Both the position numbers and the translations under genes were made by a program. 64,000 bases of DNA from Eledone cirrhosa (taxonomy: Eukaryota): the NCBI GenBank assembly GCA_964016885.1, contig OZ024743.1:319920001-319984000 (forward strand), given 5' to 3'. The notes under the pieces were generated by a model, which saw only the letters and a list, made by a program, of their open reading frames with translations, was not told where the DNA came from and ran no database searches. Positions 13,072 through 25,685 of the stretch are shown piece by piece; the first letter of the stretch is position 1; each line of letters begins with the position of its first letter.

Positions 13072-16000
13072 CCCTCGATAGACGTGTGCCAGTTCGCTGG
13101 TAAGTTTTTGTTGATTTTCTAAGTAAGAAATAAAAAATTTATTGTTAAATTTGAGACTATTTTATAGCTTGACCTCACGTCTGGACTTTCAGACGGTGGG
13201 TCAACTCATCTTCACCCCTCCCTGGGGTGAAATTTTCGTTTGAAAACATTTCTGCGGTGAAAAAAAAAATTGTAATGTTGCATTTAGTCATGGACGCTGC
13301 GTCCAGTACTAGAAGTGGTGGAGAGGTGGTAAGAGTGTTAAGCTCGCACTCATCTCCTCTCACCACCTCATTGAAAGACGTCGAAAATGTCGTCAGTTTT
13401 GAAAACACGATGTCGAACGTTGATTGTAACATCAACTCTAACACAAACACCAATAACATGCAAAATATAAACAACACCAACCAGGACAACAACAACAACA
13501 ACAACAACAACAATAATGACAACAAAAAGAACAAGAACAACAGCAACAATGATAACAACAACACCACCAACAACAACAGCAACACGAACAACTCCACGAA
13601 CAAGGAAAATATTTCCTTTGCCCAAACTGCGAAAACAACCCTTGAATACCTGCCAGTAGACATAAGCAACGCTAAGGAGCTACTGCAGAAGCCAAAAAAT
13701 ACATAGTATACGTGGAAAATGGATCATTCTCGACCCCCCCACACCCGGAACTAAAAAGTCAGCTACTCCTAAACACAGTGATGTTTAGGTCAGTGTTAAA
13801 TAAAACGAAAAAACCAGCTCAACCATCACAGAGTGAGATAGAGCTGGTCTAAAAGATGTAACGTAAGACATTCTGTTCATACAAAAGGATAGACTCTATG
13901 GGAGTCTATCCATTCTCATGAAGGATCAGGACACGTCAAAAAAACTTTCAGTAAACCTGTTACATCCAACGCATACATCTTCTACCCTACGTACATGGGT
14001 AGAAGGTCACAGAAAATAAAAATACACACAATTCTTCCAACTATGGACATATGGTGGGTGTTGACAGGTTTTCTTGACCTGAACGATGACATATTAATAT
14101 CCATGGGAAAGGCATCGGGTGACGCGTTCAGTGGAACGGGCCTCGAACTTTTAGTTCAAATGAGGCCCAAAAGGATCGCCCAGATGCCCGAACGCGTCAT
14201 ACTGGATGACCGAACTTTTATAAACATTACCGTTGAGGGTAGGCGGCCCTCGTGTTACCTCTGTGGAACCAGAGGTCACCTGAAGGCTGTCTGTCCTCAA
14301 CTTAAAAAGAAAACTCCAATTCTGCCCACACCACCAACAACTACACAACCAACACAATCACCACCACGACCACTACAAAAACAACAACCACAAGTTAACA
14401 CAAAACAAAACACTGCCCCCCCCCCCATCACACACACACACTAAAAAAAACAATTTCCAAAACACCCGCACCGCAAACACTACCCGAAAATGTACCCCTC
14501 CCCTCAACACGGAAGACGATCCGCATTCGTCGTCAGACGAGGGGGAGCATTTCCAAAAAGTCAAAGGAAAGAAAAGAAAACATACCTCAGACACACAAAT
14601 AAAAACAACCCCTCCCCAAAACATAACACAGACATCAACACAAAAGAACACACAACAACAGCAAACAAAAAACACCACACAAAAATAAAATATGCATACA
14701 CATACATAAACACAAGAAACAAAAAACTGTTGAACATTATTTATAATAATAATTTGGTAAAAACCGAAGGGCCTAACTTCACCCACCTCAAAATGATAAA
14801 AGTCCCAGAGGACATATACAAAGCTTTAAAGGACAATTTTAAAGAGCACGTGCCCCCCGCCCTGCGTCGGACCCATTAACCGGGTCCTCCTAAAATAATT
14901 CCCGACTGCGCCATCTTGACTTGGGCAAACTGCAGCGGATCATCTAGGTCGTACCTAGATAGGGTCCTAGTTAGAAATAAGGATAATTTTAAGCTGTATA
15001 AAGATGCTCATGGTTGGCTATTCGGATCACAAATTAGTAACTTGCATACTCAACCTTGATAGATCCCATAGACAGGGACCCGGTTACTGGAAGCTGAACT
15101 TGTCCTTACCGGCAAGTAAAGTGTACAGGGACAGGATTAGTATTTTAGTTAAGGAGCGGTTGACGGGAGCGATCGTCAACAGCAGGTGGTGGGATCTCTC
15201 AAAAGGGAGATTAAAGTAGTTTCAATAGGATTTAGTAAGGAGTTAGCCTCAGATAGAAATAGGAAGGAAAGGGAGTTGCTAGATAGTGTAGAAGAGGCAA
15301 TTAGAAGCGGCGACGTGGCCAGAGTGCTAGCGTCGGGAACGGCCTTGGGCCGGTTCTTTGACGCGAAGCACGAAGGCTGCGTTGTCCGAAGCAAAATACG
15401 TGCTCTAGGAAACGAGGGGACCAAAGCTGTTAGCTGGGCCCGCGTGACAGAAACCAGAGGAGGGATTAGATCCACTATCCAGTCTTTGCGAGACCAGGAT
15501 GGACGGGTGATCCTTGAACCTAAGCAGATGTGTGAGGCCTTTCAAAGGCACTTTACCCGATTGTTCGGGAGGAGAGGGGGCCGGAAGGGGATGTGGACTT
15601 CGGTCCATACCTCGACGGCTTGCCGCGTCTTTCTGACGAGGAGGCGAAGTCCTGCGAGGGGGCGATTTCAGCTGCTGAGATAGGGGACGTGCTGAGCCGA
15701 TGCGGAAAACGCAAATCCCCGGGTCTTGATGGTCTTCCATACGAACTATATCTAGCTATGACGGACTTGTTCCCCGATCTCCTCGAGGCGGTCTACTGCA
15801 ACTGGCAACAGAACGGGAGAATTCCCTGTTCTGTGACGAAGGGCGTAGTTTCGCTAGTGAGGAAGGACGGGAACAAGGGGGACGAAATAAGTAATTTCAG
15901 GCCCATAACTCTGCTAAATGCAGAGTTAAAGATTTTGGCCAAGGTGTTAGCAAAGAGGTTGGCGTTTGTCGTGGGAAACCTGGTTTGAGATGCGCAGACA

Positions 16001-18065
16001 TGTGCTATCCCGTCCAGGTCCATCCACGACAACCTCCACCTTATGCGATACATTATAGAGAGTGTTGGGAACGAACCCGGCTTTGGTGGGTCCCTGATCA
16101 TCTCGGATCAATCTAAGGCGTTCGATAGAGTCGATCATGGTTACCTGGATGGGGTGCTAGTGGCGGCAGGTTTCGGACCCGTTTTCAGGGGCTGTATCAC
16201 TGCCATGCACAGCAGCCGCATCTGCTCTAGAGTCAAGGTGAACGGCTACTCTCGGAGCCGTTCGAAATCGCGCGATCCATCCGACAAGGGTGCCCTCTCT
16301 CCTCCCTTCTGTATGTATTGGCCCTCGAGCCACTGCTGCGGAAGTTGGAGTTGTTGCAGGGCATCACTTTGGAACCGGGATTGCGGAAAGCGGCGTCGGC
16401 TTACGCCGTTGACGTAACAGTAATAGTGTCGACCGCCTCGGAAATCGGGGCGATCGGCACCTTACTGGAGGAGTACGAAAGGTTTACAGGGGCTAAGCTG
16501 AACCGGGACAAGTCGATCGGGTTGCAACTCGGCACGTTGAGGGGCAAATCGATGCCCTCCGATTGCGTCGTCGGACGCTGGACGGAGGGCCCGGTGAAGT
16601 TATCGGGATCTGGTTCGGACCACACCTCCAAGTGGAGAAGAACTGGAGTGAGGTAACGACAGGGCGTTTGCACTAACCCAGAAGTGGGCCGAGTGCAAAC
16701 TATCCCTGAAAGGTCGGGAGGAGGTGGCGAAGACTTATATAGCGTCCGTCATCTACTACCGCCTGACCGTCGTGCCTTGCCCAAAGGAAACGCTCACCAA
16801 AATGGAGCGCGTACTCTTCCAATTCCTTTGGAAGAAGCGGGCCCCTTTGGTGAGGAGATCCATCTGCGTTCAACACCCTTCGAAAGGAGGGCTGGGGATG
16901 CCGTGGCTGCTGATGCGTAAACACGCATTAAGGCTGCGGCACCTCCAGGTATTCCTCACCGGTCAACCGGTGTGGGCACTGTTTGTGAGACTAATCTTTC
17001 CGAGACTCGTCTCACTCACCGAGCTGCAATCCTGGGTCAAGCAAAGACCGAGAAAACTGGGCGCCTGGCACACCGAGTGTGCCAAGGCGCTCACGGCTCT
17101 CTGGCAGGTGGACCCGGCTATCAGTGGAGACTCCATCTCGACATTCTATAGAGGGCTGGTACGCAACAGGTGCGACGACGACCTTGGAGAAGCCCTAGGC
17201 ATGGAGGAAGACGAACTGGCCAGCCTGTTCGGTAGGACATTTAGCCCGGGACCCATGGACAACTTCCAGAGGTCCCTGGCCTGGCAGTGCTACCGAGGGG
17301 CTCTGCCCGTCCGAGAAAAACTCTACACACACGGGCTCACGGGTAGGGACCCCTCGAAAAAGATCTGTCCCAGATGCGTGCGCGACAAGGAAACCGTCGC
17401 GCATGCATTGGTACACTGCTCGGGTGTCGCCGATCTGTTGGGCTATGTCGAACGACTGCTGTCAGGGGTGGGACCTATCCGGTTGACTACCGAGTCCATT
17501 ATAACGATCAAGCCGCCTCCCCCCTTCAAAAATGAAGGAGAGGCGGTGTTTCTGTGCGTAATAGCCATGGTGAAAGAGGTTGTATGGTGGACGCGTTTCA
17601 AATGACTGAGGCCAGACACCTTACTCTCTGGCCAACAACTGGTCCTTTTCTTCCGATATCATTTCGGAAGAAGGATCAGGATGGAGAGAGAGGTGCTCCA
17701 CCCCAGCCAGTTTTATGAAAGGTGGGTGAAAGTGGCGAGAATGGCCCGTGTGAATGGGCCTTCTCTCTATATCAGCCGGTAGATGAAAAAGATGGAAGAA
17801 CAAGGGAGAACCCTCTCTCTGTGCTCCCGAGGAGAAGTTTTGCACACTTTACAAAAAAAAAAATAACAAATATAAAATTAACAATAAAGTCCTCAATAGG
17901 GAGGAGGCATTTTGGGTGCGACCCCCCAAAACGCCTCCTCCCTATTGAGGACTTTATTGTTGATTTTATATTTGTTATTTTTTTTTTTTACTCGTTCTTT
18001 TGTGTAAACTCACCCATTTGTATTTGTCCCCTTCTTTTGCATCCTCGTGGCAACAAATAGAAACA
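13071..18065 (+). mobile_element. Tx1-clade copy B with apparent 5' UTR and ORF1 (gag-like, CCHC knuckle); ORF2 lacks the N-terminal part of the endonuclease
   Basis: ORF1 pieces ~13290-14879 contain poly-Asn and CYLCGTRGHLKAVC (CX2CX4HX4C). ORF2 resumes ~14900 at mid-APE, with RT motifs, C-terminal CPRC...H...C and stop at 17782. Confidence 0.92.

Positions 18066-18126
<61 letters not shown>
18066..18126 (+). repeat. (TATC)n tract joining copy B to copy C
   Basis: About 15 TATC units. The last ATCTA is shared with the element sequence atctactaccgc (microhomology). Confidence 0.95.
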
Positions 18127-18127
<1 letters not shown>

Positions 18128-19395
18128 CTACCGCTTGACCGTCGTGCCTTGTCCAGCCAAAACGCTCGCGAAAATGGAGCGCGCGTTCTTCCGATTCCTT
18201 TGGAAGAGGCGCGCTCCTTTGGTGAGAAGATCCATCTGCTGCCAACACCCTTCTAACGGAGGGCTGGGGATGCCGTGGTTGACGATGCGCAAAAACGCGC
18301 TCAGGCTGCGGCATCTCTACGTATTCCTCACCGGACAACCGGTGTGGGCCCCGTTCGTGAGGCGAGCCTTCCCACGACTCGTCTCGCTGACCGAGCTGCA
18401 GTCCAGGGTCAAGCAAAGACCGAGGAAAATGGGCGACTGGCACATCGAATGTGCTCAGGCGCTCAAAGCCCTCTGGCAGGCGGACCCGGCGATCAGTGGA
18501 GACTCCACTTCGTCATTCTATAGAGGGTTGGTCCGCAGCAAGTGCGACGACGCGCTCGGTGAAACTCTGGGCGTGGAGGAAGATGAACTGGCCAGTCACT
18601 TCGGTAGGACCTTCCGCCCTGGACCGATGGACAACTTCCAAAAGTCCCTGGCCTGGCAGTGCTACCGAGGAGCTCTACCAGTTCGAGAAAAGCTCTACAG
18701 ACATGGGCGCCCGGGCGGGGACCCTGCAAAAAAGATCTGTCCGAGGTGCGTGCGAGACGAAGAAACCGTCGCGCACGCATTCATACACTGCCCGGGCATC
18801 ACTGACTTGTGGTGCTATGTAGAACGACTATTGTCGCGGGTGGGACCGATCCAGTTGACCACCGAGTCCATTGTCATGATCAAACCGCCACCCTCCTTCA
18901 AAAACGAAGGAGAGGCGGTTTTCCTTTGTGTGATAGCTATGGCGAAAGAGGTTGTATGGTGGACAAGGTTGAAAGGGCTGAGGTCAGACACCTTTCTCTC
19001 CGGCCAACAACTGATTCTTTTTTTCAAATACCACTTTGGAAGAAGAATCAGGATGGAGAGAGAGGTGCTGTACCCCAGCAAGTTTTATGAAAGGTGGGTG
19101 AAAGTGGCGAGAATGGCCCGAGTGAATGGGCCTTCTCTCTATATCAGCCTGTAGGTTGAGGAAAAGGAGGAGGAGAGGAAAGGAGTACAAACTCTTCGTA
19201 CTCCTGGAGATGAGTGTTGCACATTTTTTTTCGGGGGTATGTTTTACCCATATAAACTGTCTCCCTCTATTGGGGAAAATCGACTAACTTTTTAAATTCC
19301 ATTTGTGATAACATTTTACACGTTTTTATTGTATGTAAACTTCCCCCTTTGTACTTGTCCCCTTCTTTTGTGCCCCTGTGGCTAATAAAGAAATA
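18123..19395 (+). mobile_element. Tx1-clade copy C (5'-truncated, open frame to stop 19154)
   Basis: YYRLTVVPCP...CPRCVRDEETVAHAFIHC...LYISL*. The 3' UTR is nearly identical to copy A; (TATC)6 follows. Confidence 0.95.
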
Positions 19396-19419
19396 TATCT
19401 ATCTATCTATCTATCTATC

Positions 19420-22400
19420 TCTCTTTTAAACGACATTAGGTCACACAGTATGGATGTGATAGCCATCACCGAGTCCAGTATCCACAACAGGCAGCAAGTA
19501 ACCACCATCTTCGACGACTTTGAGACCTACGCATCTCTCTGTCAGCCAGGAGGTGGAAGTGGAGTGGCTGTCATGTTTCTGAAGAACATGGACGTCGAAG
19601 TACAGCAAGTACACTTGGACCCAGAGGGTAGACTGGTAGTCCTAGACGTGAACAGTATTGGAGGTGGGGCCTTCAGACTGGTGGTCGTTTATGCCCCGAC
19701 CGGGCAATCGCAATCACGGCCAGACTTCTTTAAGCGTCTAGAGTCTTTTCTGGGAACGTCTCGCTCCTTACTTTTAGTGGGAGACTGGAATGGTATCCTA
19801 AATGCACGATGGGACTATGTGGGAGCATGTCCCAGTAGAGCGGGGTGCAACAGCCTCAAAACTTTAATCGGCCAATTCCAACTGGCCGATAGGTATCGAC
19901 TGGATTTCCCGACTGCACCACAGTGGACGTGGGTAAACCGCAGTGGGACATCTAGATCGTATTTAGATAGGTTCTTCATTAGAGAAATGGACAAGGAGCT
20001 GTTAAGCTGTCCACGAATGCACATGGTTGCCTACTCAGATCACAAGTTAGTCGTCTGCTTAGTCAACCATGATAGAATACATAGACAGGGTCCCGGATAC
20101 TGGAAGCTGAACGTGTCGTTGCCGGCACGTAAAGCTTACAGTGAACGGATAAGTAGATTAGTCAAGCAACAGTTAACGGGAGCCATCGTCAACAATAGAT
20201 GGTGGTACTCTCTCAAGAAAGCAATTAGAATAGAATCGATAGGGTATAGCAGAGAGTTAGCCTTAGAGAAAAACAGAATAGAAAGAGAACTAGTAGCCAA
20301 GGTAGTGGAGGCACTAAGAAGTGGCAACGCGGCTAGAGTGTTAGCGTCGAGAACGGCACTGGACCAGTTCTCAGAAGCAAAACACGTGCTCTAGGAAACG
20401 AAGGAGCGAAACCTGTCAGCTGGGCCCGAGTGGCGGAGGCAAAAAAGTGGCAACAAGTCCACGATTCGGTCTTTGAAAGACCAAAACGGGCGCGTGCTAC
20501 TTGACCCCAAGCAAATGTGCGCGGCCTTTCAGCGGCACTTTGCGCGACTGTTTGAGCAGAACTACGGTGAGCCGAACGGGGCAATGAACTTTAGTTCATA
20601 CCTCGACGGCCTGCCGCGTCTCTCAAACACGGACGCGGAGTTCTGCGAAAGACCGATCACGGACACTGAGATACGGGATGCTCTGGGCCGCTGCAGGAAA
20701 CGCAAGTCACCCGGTCTAGATGGTCTAACCTACGAATTTTACATAGGCATGCCGGACTTGTTCTCTGGCGTCCTCGAAGCCGTCTACTGCAATTGGCAGC
20801 AGAACGGGAGAATTCCCAGTTCTGCAGGCAAGGGCGTAGTAACGCTGATCAGGAAAGACGAGAACAAGAGGGACGAAATTAACAACTTCAAGCCCATAAC
20901 TCTGCTCAACACAGAGTTAAAGATTTTGGCCAAGGTGCTAGCGACGAGGTTGGCGCTTGTCGTCGAGAATCTGATAGGGAAAGCGCAAACGTGTGCAATC
21001 CCGACCAGGTCCATACACGACAACCTCCACCTCATGCGATACATCATAGAGAGGGTGGGTAGTAAACCCGGCTTCGGTGGGGCTTTGATCAACTTGGATC
21101 AGTCTAAGGCATTCGATAGGGTCGACCATCGATACTTGGAAGCGGTTCTCAAGGCGGCCGGTTTCGGTCCCGTGTTTAGAGGATGGATCGAGGCGATGCA
21201 CACCAGCAGCTGCTCGAGGGTCAATGTGAACGGCTACCTATCGGAGCCGTTCGCAATCACGCGTTCCATTCGGCAGGGATGCCCTCTCTCCTCCATTCTG
21301 TAGGTATTGACTCTAGAGCCACTACTGCGGAAATTGGAGGTGTTGCAGGGCATCCCCCTAGAACCGGGACTGCGCAAAGCGGCGTCGGCTTATGCCGACG
21401 ACGTAACGGTTATGGTGTCGAGCACCTCGGAAATCGGGGTGATCGGCAACTTACTGAAAGAATACGAAACGCTGACGGGAGCAAAACTAAACCCAGACAA
21501 GTCTGTCGGTTTGCAACTCGGTACGTGGAGAGGCAAACCGATGACATCCGACAGCGTCTTTGGACGCTGGACGGACGGACCAGTGAAATTGCTCGGGGTC
21601 TGGTTCGGTCCAGACCTCCAGGTGGAGAAAAACTGGAACGAGGTCACGGCCAAGGTGTTTGCACTCCCTCAGAAGTGGGAAGAGTGCAAACTGTCCTTGA
21701 AAGGTCGAACGGAGGTGGCGAACACTTTCATAGCGACCGTCATCTACTACCGCTTGACTGTCGTGCCCTGTCCCCGTGAACACCTCGCCAAGATGGAACG
21801 CATGCTCTTCCAGTTTCTGTGGAAGAAGAAGGCTCCGCTGGTGAGGATATCCGTCTGCTGTCAGCACCCTTCCAACGGAGGGCTGGGAATGCCGTGGCTG
21901 ATGATGCGCAAACATGCGCTGAGGCTGCGGCATCTCCAGGTATACCTCACCGACCCCCCAACTGGTGTGGGCACCGTTTGTGAGAAAGGCTTTCCCACAG
22001 CTCGTCTCGCTAATGGAGCTGCAGTCCTGGGTGAAGAAAAGACCGAAAACGATGGGCGCCTGGCACATTGAATGCGCTCAGGCGCTCACAGTCCTCTGGC
22101 AAGCGGGCGCAGCAATCAGTGGAGACTCCACTTCGACATTCTATAGAGGGATTGTACGTTACAAGGGCGACGACGTGCTCGGAGAGACTCTGGGCGTCGA
22201 AGACGATGAGCTCACCAGTATGTTTGGTAGAACTTTCCGCCCGGGACCTATGGACAACTTCCAGAAGACCCTGGCCTGGTAGTGCTACCGAGAGGAGCTC
22301 TACCGGTTCGTGACAAGATCTACAGGCACGGACGCCCCGGCAGGGATCCTTCCAAGAGGACGTGTCCAAGATGCGCGCAGGACATTGAAACAGTCCTGCA

Positions 22401-23015
22401 CGCAAATGTACACTGCCCGGGCGTAACCGACCTGTGGAACTATGCAGAACAACTGCTGTCGCGTATGGGACAAATCCAGTTGACTGCCGAGTCCATAGTA
22501 AGGATCAAACCGCCAGTCTCTTTCAGAAACGAAAGAGAGGCGGTTTTCCTCTGTATTGTTGCGATGGTGAAAGAGGTTATATGGAGGATGAGATTGAGAG
22601 GACTGAGGACAGATGCCTTTCTCTTCGGACAATAATTGATTCCCTTCTTTAAGTATCACTTTAGAAGGAGAATCAGAGTAGAGAGAGAGGCACTGCACCC
22701 CAGTAAATTTACTGAAAGGTGGGTGAATGAAGCGAAAATGGCCCGAGTGATTGGGCCTTCTCTGTTTATAAGCCTGTAGGTTGAGGAAGAGAGCAAAAGG
22801 AAGAAAGGAGCACTTGCACAACACGCTCCTCGATTTGAGGGTTGTTCTATCGACGGTGTATTAAACAACCCATTTGTGGCGCCTCCCCCCTATTGGGGAT
22901 TTCGATTGTTGAAATTGTTTGTTTTTATATTTTTTACACGACTGTATGTAAAATCACCTGCATGTCTTTGTATTGTCCCCTTTCTTGTTGCGCCCTTGTG
23001 GCTAATAAAGAAACA
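19420..23015 (+). mobile_element. Tx1-clade copy D (truncated about 20 codons into ORF2; stop 22779)
   Basis: APE (GDWN, SYLD, SDH), RT (QGCPLS, YADDV) and zinc knuckle CPRC..H...HC. Begins right after (TATC)n at 19396-19419. Confidence 0.95.
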
Positions 23016-23091
<76 letters not shown>

Positions 23092-23128
23092 AATCTATCT
23101 ATCTATCTATCCATCTATCTATTTATCT
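23016..23128 (+). repeat. (TATC)n tail of copy D
   Basis: About 28 units with a few substitutions. Confidence 0.95.
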
Positions 23129-23349
23129 ATTACTAAAGGTCTGTGATTGCTTGCTGGCTTGCTTGTCTGCGATGCAATAGAGCCAAAAGGGTGCATAATG
23201 GGAAAAAGTTTCGCGTAAATTGAAGCACTGGTTCCCGAGATATGGGTTTTCTCCTGGTAGCTCCGTAAACAGAGATAGAAGGATAGAGAGAAAGAGCTTG
23301 TGGTTCTGAGAGAGTAGATCGTAAGAGAGTCATAGAGAGAGGAAGAGGA

Positions 23350-24825
23350 GACAGATTTTTTGCCTACATTGGTTTTAACGTTGAGTGAGAAGGGAGGAGA
23401 GAACCAGATAGTTTGTCTATTGTTACGCTTTGTTTTCTTATTACTGTTGCTGTTAGTGGGAGAGTAAGTGATAGGTTGCGAGAAGCCGCTGTTAGCTAAC
23501 ACCGTGTTTTTGTAGGGTGACGCTCTGTCAAAGATAGCCTTATTAGAGGAAAGTTTGAGACTCTAGTACTGATATTATTCAGCTTCTACCTTCAATTAGT
23601 TAGGACTTAGAATAACAGTAGTTACCAACCTCTCTAGCGTAGATTTCTTAGACATTAATTTAGACCTTCGCACACACACCTACAGACCCTTCCGTAAGCT
23701 TAAAGAAAAACTCAATTACATTCACAAGGACTCATGCCACCATACCATTTGTTTTAGAAACTTCGTAAATAATATCAGTACTAGAATCTCAAACCTCTCC
23801 TCTAATAAGGCTATCTTTGACAGAGCGGCACCCTACTATAACACAGCGTTAGCCAACAGCGGCTTCTCACAACCTATCACTTACTCTCCCACTAACAACA
23901 ACAGCAATAAGAAAACAAAGCGTAACAATAGACAAACTATCTGGTTCTCTCCTCCCTTCTTACTCAACGTTAAAACCAATGTAGGCAAACAATTTCTAGC
24001 CCTCTTAGATAGACACTTTCCCATAGGGCATAAATACCGCTCCATCTTTAACTGACGCAAAGTAAAACTAGGATACTTCTGCGCTAAGAACTTGAAGGCC
24101 CACATCACCAACAGCCCTAAGAGTAACACCCACCAGGGTGCTCTTGCCCTAAGCCCGAAGCTTGTCCCCTTCAACAGCAATGCAACACACCCACTGTAGT
24201 TTATGAAGCTGTGGTCACTTCCAACCGACCAAATCAACCACAGGAGGTCAAATCCTATGTGGGTATGGCGGATGGCCGATTTAAGGAACGCTTCCTGAAC
24301 CACCAGTCGACCTTTAGGTACCCGGACAGACGTTCATCCACGAAACTCGCGAGCCACGTATGGTCCCTCAAGGGCTCAAGTATAGACTACTCCATTCAAT
24401 GGAAAGCCATCACTAAGTCTAAGCCATACGCAAGGGGCAATCCGTCTTGTGGACTATGTATTGATGAACGAATAAATATTCTAAAGAGATTACGCAATAG
24501 CGACTGCCTAAACTCAAGAAATGAATTCTTCACACGTTATCCACACGTCTCGAAACACCTCTTACATAACTACAAAGCTCCGGATTGAATTACAACAACA
24601 TCCTAATTTTCTTATCAACTAGAAACTTTCGGACTTTCGCAGTTATCTCCCTTACACCTCTCGCACGCAATTTAGTATTGCCTGAGCGAAGTGACGGTTT
24701 CTGCGCATGCGCGTTCGTACAGTTGTCCTTCCTCTTCTGTATAACCATGTCCATTACGAGCTGAGGATCCACTAATATGAAACAATTGTTCTCGGTATGG
24801 TGAACTAACTGTTGTGTAACCACTT
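23350..24825 (+). mobile_element. Naiad-type Penelope-like element 3' part with an inverted 5' segment
   Basis: VDFLDINLDL...NLSSNKAIFDRAAPYYNTALANSGF...IWFSPPF, and GIY-YIG SYVGMADGRFKERFLNH...CGLCIDE...LNSRNE. 23350-23578 is an inverted copy of ~23770-23990. Ends in (TA)n. Confidence 0.88.
24757..24794 (+). ncRNA. Degenerate type I hammerhead ribozyme
   Basis: cgag-CTGAGGA-tccactaatat-GAAA-caattg-TT-ctcg. Stem II is poorly paired; homologous to 45849-45886. Confidence 0.5.
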
Positions 24826-24838
24826 ATATATATATATA

Positions 24839-24914
<76 letters not shown>

Positions 24915-25685
24915 AGTGTGTGTGTGTGTGGGCGTTTATATATCTCACTCTATAAAATCTAATCTCTACTGCAGCGAATCAGCGATCACTGAAGCAGATG
25001 TATAAGACCCGATCGTAACAGTCAAGCTGGGCATATTGACAGTAATCTGTAAACGGGACATTCATGCAGGCCTACACTTTCACTATTGACGACTTTGCTT
25101 TCTAAGAATGGCTTGAATCTCTAGATTAAAAGAGAAATATTCACTGGATTTTCTGACCGTTAAACTACAAATGTATTGTGAATTTTGAAGTTATTTCTAC
25201 TTTTGAACAAACACAAGACGTTAATAAATACACAGTATGTTCATACAGATGGAATCTGTTCTGTGGTCGTGGCAATCGTATAAGAGTGAATGTCTTCGTA
25301 ATTCGGAGAGATAAGGTTGTTCCCTAGTATCGGTAATATTATATTACGCTTTCTAGTTATAAAGGTAAGAAGGACTGTCATTTGTAGGTATGGTCATTGA
25401 AAGTATTCATTTTACCCCCTTGAATAATTCTATCGTAGTTGATCTTCTGAAATTCTCCTATGTTCTAGGAGGCAAGCAAATGTTATGATATCAACAGCAT
25501 GGTAAGGAATACTTTTTAAAGAATATGATCTAATCGAACCTAGAATTGATCTGAAAAAGCATTCAATACTGGGAATTTGGGGATCATTGTGGAAATTACT
25601 CTGGAAACTCTACTCTGCGTGTATGAAAAAATGCTTTGGTTTTATTATACGATAAATTTATGTTTTACTTCATTTTATTTTCTAG

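Noticed and set aside
18000-20394. ORFs 18000-19154 and 19378-20394 that start in one copy's UTR and read through (TATC)n into the next copy
   Set aside because: (TATC)n has no stop codon on this strand, so read-through is expected by chance. The starts are non-ATG and there is no evidence of functional fusion.
12987-23128. Telomere-like or CRISPR-like interpretation of the repeat-separated array
   Set aside because: The spacers are homologous retrotransposon bodies, the repeat is not TTAGGG, and the array is interstitial with both orientations present in the window.
23129-23349. Possible Helitron-like 5' end after the copy D tail
   Set aside because: Only a vague resemblance, with no 3' hairpin or CTAG and no second copy in the window.
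24588-24760. SECIS element in Naiad-type 3' UTRs (some Naiads encode selenoproteins)
   Set aside because: No AUGA..AA..GA kink-turn hairpin was recognisable by eye. The in-frame TGA near 24053 is CAC in the sister copy, so it looks like decay. A SECISearch run would settle it.
25469-25501. Well-flanked 33-nt candidate exon (ttctag...gtaagg) upstream of the PAN-like exon
   Set aside because: The frame needed to join the PAN exon contains TGA, and the other frames lead to stops in the next exon.
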